64,000 nt of DNA. It comes from Phycisphaerales bacterium (GTDB lineage: Bacteria; Planctomycetota; Phycisphaerae; Phycisphaerales; UBA1924). Shown here one piece after another: positions 53,585-63,396 of the stretch. The translations under genes were made by a program, and so were the position numbers. The notes beneath the pieces are model-generated. The model was not told the origin of the DNA and did not search any database. It saw nothing but the letters and a program-made list of their open reading frames with translations. The stretch covers positions 7,684 to 71,683 of the forward strand of contig JABWBC010000001.1 of assembly GCA_013360695.1 (NCBI GenBank), given 5' to 3'. The first letter of the stretch is position 1, and every line of letters begins with the position of its first letter.

Positions 53585-54987
53585 ATTCCTGTCCTTAGCG
53601 TGATACGGAACGTAACGGTGATCACGGCGTCCGGGTCGTTTTCCGGGAGTTCGCGCAAGCGTTCGCCCTCGGCTTTCCAGCGATAGATCGCGTCGAGAAG
53701 CGGGCCGTCGACGTCCGGCCAGCCCGTGTCGTATCGATCAACGAAGTTGGCATCGACCACTTTGCCGGCGCGATTGAAGCGAACACGAACGACCGGGTTC
53801 TTAGGGAGGGCGACCAGGCGCGTGGTCGTGCTCCACTCAGGGCGAACCGTGTTGATCTTGAGCCCCTTGGTCGCGGCCGGGCGACCCGGATCGACGTTGA
53901 CCGCGCTGCGCACCGCGGCAGCGTCGGACTCGCGATCGGAGACCTCGCCGGCCCGCCGCGCCGGGCGAGGCCTGCTCGCCTGGCGAGCCGGGATCGGCGG
54001 TGACGCCTGAGCGGCCGCACGCTCCGCGAGCTCCCGTTCGGCCCTTTCACGCTCGGCTCGCTCTCGCTCCGCCAAATCCTGCGGCGTGGGAGCCGGAGGG
54101 CCGACCAACTCCGCCGGACTTGCGGGAGTCTCGTTTGAGTCCGGCTCGGGCGGAAAATCACTCGAATTTTCCGGGGCGGCTTGGGGCGTCGCATCGGGCT
54201 TGGCCTCCGGCGAAGGCTCGGCCATTTTCTCCGGGGCAGGTGTGGGAACGGAAAGCTCGGGATTCGGCCTTTCGATCGTGCTTTGCTCGGATGATGGCAC
54301 CGGGATCAAACGCTCTCCCGGCTCAGGCTGATCCGCTTTCAAATCCGCGCGCGACGGCGCAGGTTTTGCCGATTCCGCCGGTTCAAGCGAGGCAGGCTTG
54401 GTCGCGTCCGGTACCGTCTCGGGCAGCGGTATTGGCTGGAGGGGCTTCTTGGCGTCGTCGGGCTTCGCGGGGGCTTCGGTCGCCTCGGGCTGGGCCGCTG
54501 CTTCCGCCGACTCGGTTGAGGGAGGAAGGGGCTGGGGCTGCTCTGGGGCCTGCTCTGGGGCTTGCTCGGCGGACTGACCCGAAGGTTGTTCCGCGGGCTG
54601 AGCCTGTGACGTGGGCGGACTTGGCGGCTGCTCTTCGACGGCCGGGCTTGGCGCACTCGGCGCTTCCTTGACCATCTGGGCCTGATCGCGGCTCGATGCG
54701 GGCCCGGAATGGGGGGTTGAATCCTTAAACCCAAGCCAGGTGTCGCTCTGGGCCTGGCCGTCGTCGATGCCGAGCTTGAGGGGATCGGGCAACGGCGGCT
54801 CATCCTCGGCGTGAGGTTGAGGGGAGGGCGCCGGGAGGACCGGGATGAGCAGAGGCGTTTCGTCCGGTATGCTCGCGGGCGAGGGTGACAGCCAGTGATC
54901 GCCGTACCGAAGCAACGTGGCGGCGAACCCGGCGTGGAGCGCCAGGCTCACGACGACACCGATGGACGTTGAACTCCGGGTGGCCAT
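53581..54987 (-). CDS. TonB-like energy-transducer protein (N-terminal anchor, long Pro/Glu/Ala-rich spacer, TonB_C-like domain)
   Basis: Anchor SIGVVVSLALHAGFAATLL. A ~330-aa low-complexity Pro-rich spacer includes ERERAERERAERELAER. The C-terminal ~90 aa (VVRVRFNRAGKVVDANFVDRYDTGWPDVDGPLLDAIYRWKAEG...VTFRITL) has a TonB C-terminal-like pattern. Confidence 0.6.
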   Translation of the reverse strand: MATRSSTSIGVVVSLALHAGFAATLLRYGDHWLSPSPASIPDETPLLIPVLPAPSPQPHAEDEPPLPDPLKLGIDDGQAQSDTWLGFKDSTPHSGPASSRDQAQMVKEAPSAPSPAVEEQPPSPPTSQAQPAEQPSGQSAEQAPEQAPEQPQPLPPSTESAEAAAQPEATEAPAKPDDAKKPLQPIPLPETVPDATKPASLEPAESAKPAPSRADLKADQPEPGERLIPVPSSEQSTIERPNPELSVPTPAPEKMAEPSPEAKPDATPQAAPENSSDFPPEPDSNETPASPAELVGPPAPTPQDLAERERAERERAERELAERAAAQASPPIPARQASRPRPARRAGEVSDRESDAAAVRSAVNVDPGRPAATKGLKINTVRPEWSTTTRLVALPKNPVVRVRFNRAGKVVDANFVDRYDTGWPDVDGPLLDAIYRWKAEGERLRELPENDPDAVITVTFRITLRTGI

Positions 54988-55053
54988 GATTCAGTGGCAA
55001 CGATTCCGCGGGCGTGCGTCCCGCTCTTGAAGTTTAGCGCCCAAGGAGCCCTG

Positions 55054-56193
55054 ATGCATCGGCACACCGGACCACGTTGGGCGATCATTCTGGCGATGCT
55101 CTCCGGCTTTGCGGCGTCTCAGGCCGTCGGCCAGCCCGAACGCGAAGCCGAGGCCGCGCCGGAGCCGACGCTGCGCCCCGGCGATACCGCGCCGCCCTTG
55201 GCGTTGGAAAAGTGGCTGGCGGGCGACAAGGGAGACCCGCTGACGAAGGGGCGGATCGGGATCGTGGTCTTCGTCGCGTCGTGGTCAGAGGCCAGCGAGC
55301 GAGCGCTGGATTGGCTTGCCGGGCGATCGCGAGAGTATGCCAAGGACGATATCGGCGTGGTGGCCGTGTTCGGGCAGGACGCGGGCGATGCGGGCTTCTA
55401 TGGCAAGGCGGAAACCGAGCTGACCGCGCGTGCGTTCATCGAACGCCACGCGATCGGAAAGATCCGTTGCGCCTTCGACGAGCGCTGGCGATCGCGATCG
55501 GCGTGGCTGGCGGCGGCGGGCGCCAAGACGCTGCCGACGGCGTTCATCGTCGACGGCCAGGGAAAGGTCGCGTGGCTCGGCAACCCGCTCTGGCCGCCCG
55601 GGGAGATGGAGGACGCGCTGCGGCAGGTCAAGGCGGGATCGTTCGAAGCGGTGGAGCGGCGCGAGCTGACCAGGAAATGGGAGGAAGTGCTCCGCGAGCT
55701 GCGCGGCCTGGACGCCACGCTCACGTCGGCGCGAAACACCGGGCGGCACGACATCGCGATCTCGACACTCGAGCGACTGGAGTCGATCGATCGGCTCTCG
55801 CGCGGGTTCTACATGATGGCGAGGTTCGAGATCGTGTTTCTCGAAAAGCTGGACAGCCAGGCCGCCTTCAAGATCGCGCGGGGCGCGCTGGAGACCGACG
55901 CGGACAGCGCCCAATTGCTCAACGATCTTTCGTGGACGATCCTGACGGGAGAGGGCGCGCGATCGCGCGATCTGCCCCTGGCGCAGAAGCTGGCCGAGCG
56001 AGCGGTGGAAGTTTCCGAGGGTAAGAACCCCCACTTTCTGGACACGCTGGCGCGGGCTCATGCGGACCAGGGCCGACTGGAAGAAGCGATCAAGCAGCAG
56101 AAGCGGGCGGTCGACCGGGCGGGCGACGCCTCGGAGCGAGAAGAGATGCTGGCGACCTTGCAGGAATACATGCGGAAACGCGAGGGACGCTAG
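55054..56193 (+). CDS. Exported thioredoxin-fold protein lacking the CxxC (WSEAS), with a helical-repeat C-terminal domain, paralog C
   Basis: Trimmed to ATG 55054 (AAGGAG at 55043-55048). Signal peptide MHRHTGPRWAIILAMLSGFAASQAVGQ. VVFVASWSEAS (55282-55296) aligns with the WCGPC/WCPNC of paralogs A and B. LPTAFIVDGQGKVAWLGNP and the C-terminal helical domain are colinear with A and B. Confidence 0.7.
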   Translation: MHRHTGPRWAIILAMLSGFAASQAVGQPEREAEAAPEPTLRPGDTAPPLALEKWLAGDKGDPLTKGRIGIVVFVASWSEASERALDWLAGRSREYAKDDIGVVAVFGQDAGDAGFYGKAETELTARAFIERHAIGKIRCAFDERWRSRSAWLAAAGAKTLPTAFIVDGQGKVAWLGNPLWPPGEMEDALRQVKAGSFEAVERRELTRKWEEVLRELRGLDATLTSARNTGRHDIAISTLERLESIDRLSRGFYMMARFEIVFLEKLDSQAAFKIARGALETDADSAQLLNDLSWTILTGEGARSRDLPLAQKLAERAVEVSEGKNPHFLDTLARAHADQGRLEEAIKQQKRAVDRAGDASEREEMLATLQEYMRKREGR

Positions 56194-57422
56194 CGGCGTT
56201 CCCGCTTGTATTCACGCCCGCCCCAGATGATCGGTTTGTCCTCGTCGAGATCGCGTGCGGCCTCGATCAGAATGCCGCCCACCATCCACGAGCCGATCGG
56301 GTAGCCTGGCAGAGTCCACAGCGGGGCGTGCCCGAGGCGATAGATAAACGCGGCGGCGAGCATGTACACGCCGAGGGCGGTGAACGCCAGCGCCATCGCG
56401 GGAGCTTGCCGCGACGACCATTCCTCGGGCCAGGAAAACGCCGCGAGGAGCGAAAAGACCAGCGTGCAGAGCGGGAGCAGCGTGGAGATCGCGCGGCATC
56501 GCCACCCCCACTGGCGAAGCCTCTCGGGACGCCGGTTCGCGGATTCGGTGTAGATGCGCTTCCACCCGCGCCGGAACGCGGGATAGGCGGGGTACATCGA
56601 GCAGTACAGGACCGTGTCAGCGAGAAACACGCCCGCGGGAACATCGTGCCCGGCCGCGAGGCGAGCGATGGCCAGGTCTTCGAGCAGCTCGTCGTGGACC
56701 GCGTGGTGCCCGCCGATCTTCTCGTAGGCCGCCCGGCGGATCATGATGAACTGGCCGTTGGCGAATGGGCGTCGCCCGGTCGCCTTGGCGGCGCGCGTGA
56801 GCGGGAACTGCTTCATGAGTTCCACGCCCGCGGCGGGCTGGAGCAGTTTCTCGAACCAATGCCCGAAGGTCAGGGTACTCACGAGGCTGAGCAGGTCGAG
56901 CTTGCGGTGGTTCATGAGGCGGAGCGTAGTCCCCACGCAATCGGGCGCGAACGTGGTGTCGGCATCCGCGAAGATCAGCACGTCGGCACGCCTGGCGTGC
57001 TCGATCCTCGTCACGGCGCTGTGGATCGCGTTGACCTTTCCCGCCCAATCGTCGGGACACGACGCAATTTCCACGATCGTGAATCGAGGATCGTCTCGGA
57101 TAAGGGCGCGGGCCTTGGCGGCGGTGTCGTCGGTGCAGCGATCGAGCGCCAGCACGAAATGGACCGACGCATGATCCTGCCTGAGCAGCGAAGCAACAAG
57201 TTTTTCGATCACCAGCGATTCGTTGTGGGCCGGGATGACCACACAGACGGACTCGTCCGCGGCAACGCGGGGGCGCAGCGCTCGCGCCGCCCGGGCGGTC
57301 GGCACCGAGAGCATGGTGCGCGCGATGCGAAAGATCGCGACGAGCCAGAAGGTGAGCGAGGCCGCGGAAAAGCCGGCCAGAGACATGATGGAGATGTGCC
57401 AGAGATGGATCATTCGTCGCAT
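56190..57422 (-). CDS. Family 2 glycosyltransferase, membrane-bound
   Basis: N-terminal TM helix, VVIPAHNE, IFADADT (DxD), FANGQFIMIRR, and C-terminal TM helices. The start is uncertain: M24 at 57422, M27, or M1 at 57491. Confidence 0.8.
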   Translation of the reverse strand: MRRMIHLWHISIMSLAGFSAASLTFWLVAIFRIARTMLSVPTARAARALRPRVAADESVCVVIPAHNESLVIEKLVASLLRQDHASVHFVLALDRCTDDTAAKARALIRDDPRFTIVEIASCPDDWAGKVNAIHSAVTRIEHARRADVLIFADADTTFAPDCVGTTLRLMNHRKLDLLSLVSTLTFGHWFEKLLQPAAGVELMKQFPLTRAAKATGRRPFANGQFIMIRRAAYEKIGGHHAVHDELLEDLAIARLAAGHDVPAGVFLADTVLYCSMYPAYPAFRRGWKRIYTESANRRPERLRQWGWRCRAISTLLPLCTLVFSLLAAFSWPEEWSSRQAPAMALAFTALGVYMLAAAFIYRLGHAPLWTLPGYPIGSWMVGGILIEAARDLDEDKPIIWGGREYKRERR

Positions 57423-57522
57423 GACTCGATCGGGCGGGCACCGACGATAGGCCGCTGGTGGATGGATCGCACGCCTCGTGCGCCGGAGCACGCAAGGCGA
57501 CGCGGGCGGGTAGACTCACGGC

Positions 57523-58368
57523 ATGAGCGGAAACCGGCGTGCACATCGAGACGGACCGCGTGAGCCCGGTCGCGCGACCGGCCGTGATCCTGGGCGCAGA
57601 CCGGACTCCAGCCCGGAGCCCGGAGTCGTGTACCTCGTCACCCGCGAGGCCTGCCGCTCGATCGATCGCCTGGCGGTCAGCGAGTTTGCGATGGCGTCGA
57701 TCGTACTGATGGAGAACGCGGCGCGGCACGCGGCGGACATCGCGCTGGAGATGGCAGAGCACATCGACGAACCTCGCGTGGTGATCGCCTGCGGCCCGGG
57801 CAATAACGGCGGGGATGGGCTGGCGATGGCCCGGCACCTCTCCAACGCCCGCTGCGAGATTCTGTGCGTCCTGACTCATCCCGCGGGCGAATTCCGGGGA
57901 GATGCCGCGGCGCAGCTCGAAATCGTGCGCCGGATGAAGATCGAATGCACCAACGACCTGCAGCAGATCGCAGGCCAGGGCGCGGACCTCGTCGTCGACG
58001 CGGTGCTGGGCACCGGGCTTGATCGCCAGATCAGCGGGACGGCCCTGGCGGCGGTCATGGAGATCAACCGCGCGAGGGAACGCGGCTCGCGCGTGCTCGC
58101 GGTCGACGTTCCGACGGGCCTGGATTGCGATCGGGGCGTCGCGCTGGGCGCGGCGGTTCGCGCGAATGTCACGGTTTCGTTCGTGGGGATCAAGGCGGGG
58201 TTCGCCGAACTCTCGGCCCAGGAGTTCGTCGGCGACGTGGTCGTCGCCGACATCGGGGCGCCGCGGGAGCTCGTCGAGCGATTCGGCACGCCCATCATCC
58301 GCCCGACGGGGAACGACGCGGACACCCATCGCCCCGCCCGCCCCGCCAGGCGACGCGGGCGGGCGTGA
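57523..58368 (+). CDS. nnrE: NAD(P)H-hydrate epimerase (YjeF N-terminal domain only)
   Basis: VIACGPGNNGGDGLAMARHL and VVDAVLGTGL. No C-terminal NnrD kinase-fold domain. The true start may be the internal GTG near 57628. Confidence 0.75.
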   Translation: MSGNRRAHRDGPREPGRATGRDPGRRPDSSPEPGVVYLVTREACRSIDRLAVSEFAMASIVLMENAARHAADIALEMAEHIDEPRVVIACGPGNNGGDGLAMARHLSNARCEILCVLTHPAGEFRGDAAAQLEIVRRMKIECTNDLQQIAGQGADLVVDAVLGTGLDRQISGTALAAVMEINRARERGSRVLAVDVPTGLDCDRGVALGAAVRANVTVSFVGIKAGFAELSAQEFVGDVVVADIGAPRELVERFGTPIIRPTGNDADTHRPARPARRRGRA

Positions 58369-58498
58369 GTATCGGCGGGCGATTTCGCCCATTGGGCTCG
58401 GCGCGACACGCGTGCGTTTGACCCGAGCGTTCGGCCCGCTCACGATCAGACGGGGCGGGAGGACGGATTGCCGCCGCCCGTCCCACAGGAGCCCCGCG

Positions 58499-58978
58499 AT
58501 GCCCGTCCGGATGGAGCTTTCCAGAATCCTGATCCGCGAGCTCAATGACTATCAGATCATCGAGCTGCGAGAGATGGCGGAAGACACCGACGCGCCTGGC
58601 GCGGTGGGCGGCCCGGTCGAATATGTCTCCGAAAGCGAAGCGGAGGAATCCGGGGCTCGCTCGTTCCCCATCGTCATCGGACTCCCCGAGGCCCAGGCGA
58701 TCGAGCGCCGCCTCAAGGGGATCCCGATCAAGCGACCGCAAACGCACGATCTCCTGGCCAACGTCATCACGTCCCTGGGAGGCGAGCTCGCGTCGATCAC
58801 GATCACGGACCTCTCCGACCAGACGTTCTTCGCCACGCTCGACGTGAAAGTGAAGGGCGCGGAGACGATCCACATCGACGCGCGCCCGAGCGACGCGATC
58901 GCGCTGGGTGTCGCGGGCGACGTGCCGATCTACGTCGAAGAGCACGTGCTCGAGGCGGCGCTCAAGGACCTGGAGTGA
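58499..58978 (+). CDS. Bifunctional nuclease family protein (BFN/DUF151)
   Basis: Trimmed from ORF 58019..58978 to ATG 58499 (AGGAG upstream). FPIVIGLPEAQAI...RPQTHDLL...FFATL...IDARPSDAIALG..PIYV is the DUF151 pattern. It carries a ~25-aa acidic insert. Confidence 0.7.
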   Translation: MPVRMELSRILIRELNDYQIIELREMAEDTDAPGAVGGPVEYVSESEAEESGARSFPIVIGLPEAQAIERRLKGIPIKRPQTHDLLANVITSLGGELASITITDLSDQTFFATLDVKVKGAETIHIDARPSDAIALGVAGDVPIYVEEHVLEAALKDLE

Positions 58979-58988
58979 TCCGGCAACC

Positions 58989-60320
58989 ATGACCTCCCGG
59001 GGTGAGCCAACATCGCCGACCCAGCCCGACGCGGCGACGCACGTCTCGCCGCGCCGGTATCTCACGCGCGACATCCCCGGCATCGGCGGCGTGATCCGCC
59101 AGCGTCCGGAGGACTTTCTCGTCGAAGAGATCCCGCTTTATGACCCGTGCGGCGAGGGCGAGCACATCTACATGCTCGTGGAGAAGCGCGAGATGTCGAC
59201 GCTTCAACTCGTGCAGATCGTGGCGGCCCACTTTGGCGTGCGCCGTGACGCCGTGGGCTACGCGGGCCTCAAGGACAAGCACGCCATCACCCGTCAGGTC
59301 ATCTCGGTCCACGTGCCCGGAAAGAAGCCCGAGGACTTCCCGTCGTTCACGCACCCGAAGCTCGGCGTCGTGTGGACCGACCTCCATGCCAACAAGCTCC
59401 GGCGCGGGCATCTGCGCGGCAACCGATTCTCCATCCGCGTGCGCGGCGTACAGGCGACCGCGGCGCTCCCCGCCGACCGCGTGCTGCGATCGCTGCAAAC
59501 ACACGGCGTTCCCAACCGCCTCGGTGAGCAGCGCTTCGGCTATTACCAGAACAACCACCTCATCGGGCGCGCGATCCTCCTGGGTGATTGGCGCGGCGCG
59601 CTCGACGAACTGCTCGGGCCCAAGCCCGGTGTTAAGGACGCATCGAGCGCGGCCCGAGCGGCGTACGCGCTCGGCCACTTCGAAGAAGCGCTGCGGCTCA
59701 CGTCGCCCTCGAATCGGGCGGAAACCGTCGCACTCTCACACTTGGCCGGCGGACGCGCGCCCGAGCAGGCGATGCGGGCGATCGATCGGGCCGCCGTTGA
59801 GTTCTTTCTCAACGGCTTCCAGTCCGCCGTCTTCAATGCCCTGCTCGACGAACGCCTGGAACGCGGCGAACTGGCGACGCTGACTCCCGGTGATGTCGCG
59901 TTCAAGCACGACAACCACGCGATGTTCGCGGTGGACGAATCGACGGCGGCGGCGGCCGATACAACGGATCGCCTTCGCTCGCTTTCGATCAGCCCGACCG
60001 GGGCGATGTGGGGCCCGGCGATGATGCGAGCCTCGGGGCGCGTCGATGAGGCCGAAATTGCGGCGCTCGCGCGCGCTGGAGTCACGCTCGATCAACTGCA
60101 ATCAAGCGTCGCGGTGCAGCGCGGCCTGGTCGAGGGAACTCGCCGTGCGTTCCGCGTGCCCGTGATCGACCCCGAGGTCGAGGGTGGTGTGGACGAGCAC
60201 GGGTCGTACGTGCGCTGCGCGTTTGAGCTGCCACGGGGTGCGTTCGCGACGGTCGTGCTGCGCGAGATCATGAAGCCGCGGGGAGATGAGCTGGCCCGCG
60301 AGGTCGAGGGAGCGGACTGA
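58989..60320 (+). CDS. truD: tRNA pseudouridine(13) synthase TruD
   Basis: Trimmed to ATG 58989. PEDFLVEEIP, GYAGLKDKHAITRQ (catalytic Asp motif), PNRLGEQRFG. Confidence 0.85.
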   Translation: MTSRGEPTSPTQPDAATHVSPRRYLTRDIPGIGGVIRQRPEDFLVEEIPLYDPCGEGEHIYMLVEKREMSTLQLVQIVAAHFGVRRDAVGYAGLKDKHAITRQVISVHVPGKKPEDFPSFTHPKLGVVWTDLHANKLRRGHLRGNRFSIRVRGVQATAALPADRVLRSLQTHGVPNRLGEQRFGYYQNNHLIGRAILLGDWRGALDELLGPKPGVKDASSAARAAYALGHFEEALRLTSPSNRAETVALSHLAGGRAPEQAMRAIDRAAVEFFLNGFQSAVFNALLDERLERGELATLTPGDVAFKHDNHAMFAVDESTAAAADTTDRLRSLSISPTGAMWGPAMMRASGRVDEAEIAALARAGVTLDQLQSSVAVQRGLVEGTRRAFRVPVIDPEVEGGVDEHGSYVRCAFELPRGAFATVVLREIMKPRGDELAREVEGAD

Positions 60321-60973
60321 TGGGCGATCGCGTCGTGTGCTTTGACTGGGGCGGCGTGCTGCTGCGCATCTGCCGCTCCTGGGCCGAGGGCTGCAAAGCG
60401 GCCGGCCTTGATGTTCGCGGCGAAGTCCAGGCGCCGGAGCTGGTGACCAAGCGGCGTGCGATCTCCGAGCAGTTCCAGATCGGCCATCTTTCCGTCGACG
60501 AATACGGCGTCGCCATGTCGCACGCCATGGGCGGCGTGTATTCGCCCCAAGAGGTCGTGCGTGTTCATGATGCGTGGCTGATCGAGGAGTATCCGGGCGT
60601 CGATCGCGTGGTCGCGGAACTTCACGCCACACCCGGCGTGCGCACCGCACTTCTCTCCAACACCAACGCGCTGCACTGGGAGAGGCACGTCCCGACGCGC
60701 GGGCTGCGCCCCTTCCCCATCGCCGGCTCGCTGCATCATCCCCACGCGAGCCACATCATGGGATGCGCCAAGCCCGGCCTCGAGATCTACCGGCAATTCG
60801 AAGGTCTCGTCGGCGCCCGCGCCGATTCCATCATCTTTTTCGATGACTTGCCCGAGAACATTTCGACGGCGGCCTCTCTCGGTTGGCGGGCGATCCAGGT
60901 TGACCACGAGGGCGACACCGCCAAACAGATCCGTGCCGCACTCGTCACCGCGGGTGTGCTGCCGCGTGGCTAA
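60320..60973 (+). CDS. HAD-superfamily hydrolase (subfamily IA-like)
   Basis: [10 protein letters not shown] (motif I variant), LLSNTN (motif II), KP....Y, and FFDDLPENI (motif IV). The start overlaps the truD stop. Confidence 0.7.
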   Translation: MGDRVVCFDWGGVLLRICRSWAEGCKAAGLDVRGEVQAPELVTKRRAISEQFQIGHLSVDEYGVAMSHAMGGVYSPQEVVRVHDAWLIEEYPGVDRVVAELHATPGVRTALLSNTNALHWERHVPTRGLRPFPIAGSLHHPHASHIMGCAKPGLEIYRQFEGLVGARADSIIFFDDLPENISTAASLGWRAIQVDHEGDTAKQIRAALVTAGVLPRG

Positions 60974-63369
60974 TTCGCGTCGATCGCAACGTCGAGCTCG
61001 ACGATGGTCGGGCGCAGGCACTCGCGCTGGCTGCACGCCTGGTAGCTCAGCGTCAGAATCGGACGGGCGATCGCCCCCTCGGTTCGCTCGACTACGACGT
61101 CGAACTCGATCTCTCCCCGATGCACCAGCGCCTCGGGTCCTCCCACGTAGGCGCGGAACAACTCGCCCGGCGGATAGTCCGCGTACACCGACAGCCCGTT
61201 CCCAGCAACGAGCGACACGCGCAGAGGCGAAAGCTCAATCACCTCGCCGTCCGCGGGGTTCGGCTCCGCGGCCGCGATGTGATAGCCGGGCCTGATGCGC
61301 AGCAACAAACGGAACATGCCGGGCATGTCTCGCGTCACGCTGATGCGTTCCACCCCGGCGAATACCTCGACCGGGAGCATGGGCTCATCGCCCGCTCGCG
61401 CCGCGTCCGCCGCCGCCCCAGCTCCACCCTGCTTTGCTGGCTCACCAGCCAGATCGCGCGTTGTCGATTCGCCGTCGGTAAGCAGGCGCACGAGTCCGCG
61501 CAGCGCCGTGGCGCTCGAGAGTGGCGAATCAGCGATCGCCCCGCTGAATGCGGAAAGAAGCGCGATCGCGTCGGCCCTGGCCCGCTGGTCGCGTTCTCCC
61601 AACTCCAGCAGATTGCGAAGCATGACGCCGGACGCCGAGGGCATCGCTCCATCCGTGATCGAAGCGGCGCGCACAAAGAGATCAGTCGAGCCCGCCGGTG
61701 TGTCGGTCCACTTGCCCGCTTCGTCGCGGAAGAGATCGCGAGCAACCGACACAAGCTCGCGTGCACGGTCGCGATGCCGCGCCCCGCTTGCCAATTGCCT
61801 CACCTCCGCGGCCCGCGCCAAGTCGAGCAGGCCACGCATCAGATACGCGTAGTCCTCCAACGTCGCGCTCCCGCCGCCCGCGCCTCCACGCCGCGATCGG
61901 ATGAGCCGCCCGCTCGCGTCTCGATGATGGCTCCAGATCGCTTCCGCGGTGCGCTCGGCGGCGTCCAGCCAAACCGTCTCGTCGAGTTCGATCGACGCAA
62001 TCGCCAGTGCGCTGATCGCCAGGCCGTTCCATGAGGTGATCGCCTTGTCGTCGCGCCCCGGTTGCGGGCGCCTGCCACGACACTCGAGCAGTCGCCGGTT
62101 GATCCGGGTGATTCGATCGTTCAGGTCCGAAACGCTCAGGCCAAGATCGTGCGCGACCCTCTCGGGGCGGGCCCGCAGGGCGAGCACGAACGCCGCGGGC
62201 TCGTCCGGGTGATGCGGGTCGCGGAAGTTTGGCTCGGCATCGAGCCCATAGATCCGCGCCGCCATGTTCGCGTCGTCGGGGTCAAGAGCTTGCGCGAATT
62301 CCTCCGGAGTCCAGATGTAGCTCTTTCCTTCGCGTGCATCGACCTCGGCATCTTGTGCGCTCGCGAACGTGCCGTTCGGCAACTGCATCTCGCGCCGGAG
62401 GTACTCCAGCACGCGTCGAGTGATCGCCGCGAAAAAGGAATCGCTCATGCTCGCCGCGGCGCGCGCGTACACCGCCGCCAAGGACGCGTTGTCATAGAGC
62501 ATTTTCTCGAAATGAGGCACGAACCAACGCTCATCGACCGAATACCGATGGAAGCCGCCCCCGACCTGATCGAACACGCCGCCCATCGCCATCCGTTCGA
62601 GCGTCGTCCGCAGCGCCTGATCGATCGCGTCGCCGGTCGAGTCATCGCCCGCCAGCGGGCGCACGTCCATGAGCAGATCAAGGAACGCCGGCTGGGGGAA
62701 CTTCGGCGCGCCGCCGAACCCGCCGTGGACGCGATCAAACGACTGCAGGAGCCGCCCGACCGCCTCGCTGACTTCGCGATGCCCGATGTTGACGGGTTGC
62801 CCAGCGCTCTCCATGTGCTCGCGCACCGCCCCCGCGATCCGCTCGGCCTGGGCCTCGACCCCGGCGCGATCCGCGCGCCACGCGTCGCTCAGCCTCGTGA
62901 TCACATCGGGCCACGACGGCAACCCGTGGCGCGGCTGGCGCGGGAAGTACGTCCCGCCCCAGAACGGCTTGAGAGTCCGCGGCTCCAGACACACGTTGAG
63001 CGGCCACCCCCCGCGCCCGGTCGTCATCTGCACCGCGGTCATATAGGCGTCATCGATCGCGGGGTGCTCCTCGCGATCGAGCTTGATGCACACGAACCGC
63101 TCGTTCATCAGCGATGCAACGTCGTCCTGCTCAAAGCACTCGCGCTCCATGACATGGCACCAGTAACAGGTTGAGTAGCCGATCGAGAGCAGGATCGGCA
63201 CCTCGCGCCGCCTGGCCTCGGCGAACGCGTCGGGCCCCCACGACCACCAGTCCACGGGGTTGTGCGCGTGCTGAAGGAGATAAGGGCTTGATTCGCGGGC
63301 CAAGCGGTTGGCGCGACGCGGCGTGGCGTCCGATTCGCGACTCGTTGAGGACTGGTTCGACATGAGCAC
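60970..63369 (-). CDS. Thioredoxin-domain protein, DUF255/YyaL family (Trx-like plus six-hairpin glycosidase-like fold) with an extra C-terminal domain
   Basis: [50 protein letters not shown] is the DUF255 signature. 799 aa. The last ~130 aa form an additional beta-rich domain. Confidence 0.85.
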   Translation of the reverse strand: MLMSNQSSTSRESDATPRRANRLARESSPYLLQHAHNPVDWWSWGPDAFAEARRREVPILLSIGYSTCYWCHVMERECFEQDDVASLMNERFVCIKLDREEHPAIDDAYMTAVQMTTGRGGWPLNVCLEPRTLKPFWGGTYFPRQPRHGLPSWPDVITRLSDAWRADRAGVEAQAERIAGAVREHMESAGQPVNIGHREVSEAVGRLLQSFDRVHGGFGGAPKFPQPAFLDLLMDVRPLAGDDSTGDAIDQALRTTLERMAMGGVFDQVGGGFHRYSVDERWFVPHFEKMLYDNASLAAVYARAAASMSDSFFAAITRRVLEYLRREMQLPNGTFASAQDAEVDAREGKSYIWTPEEFAQALDPDDANMAARIYGLDAEPNFRDPHHPDEPAAFVLALRARPERVAHDLGLSVSDLNDRITRINRRLLECRGRRPQPGRDDKAITSWNGLAISALAIASIELDETVWLDAAERTAEAIWSHHRDASGRLIRSRRGGAGGGSATLEDYAYLMRGLLDLARAAEVRQLASGARHRDRARELVSVARDLFRDEAGKWTDTPAGSTDLFVRAASITDGAMPSASGVMLRNLLELGERDQRARADAIALLSAFSGAIADSPLSSATALRGLVRLLTDGESTTRDLAGEPAKQGGAGAAADAARAGDEPMLPVEVFAGVERISVTRDMPGMFRLLLRIRPGYHIAAAEPNPADGEVIELSPLRVSLVAGNGLSVYADYPPGELFRAYVGGPEALVHRGEIEFDVVVERTEGAIARPILTLSYQACSQRECLRPTIVELDVAIDAN

Positions 63370-63396
63370 CTCGGCGCGATCGTACGCCGCCGGGTT

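Noticed and set aside
54010-54700. Short tandem DNA repeats, considered as a possible CRISPR or minisatellite.
   Set aside because: The repeats are in-frame coding low-complexity sequence (ERERAER, APEQ, Pro-rich) within the TonB-like spacer. There is no repeat-spacer architecture, and no cas genes are in the window.
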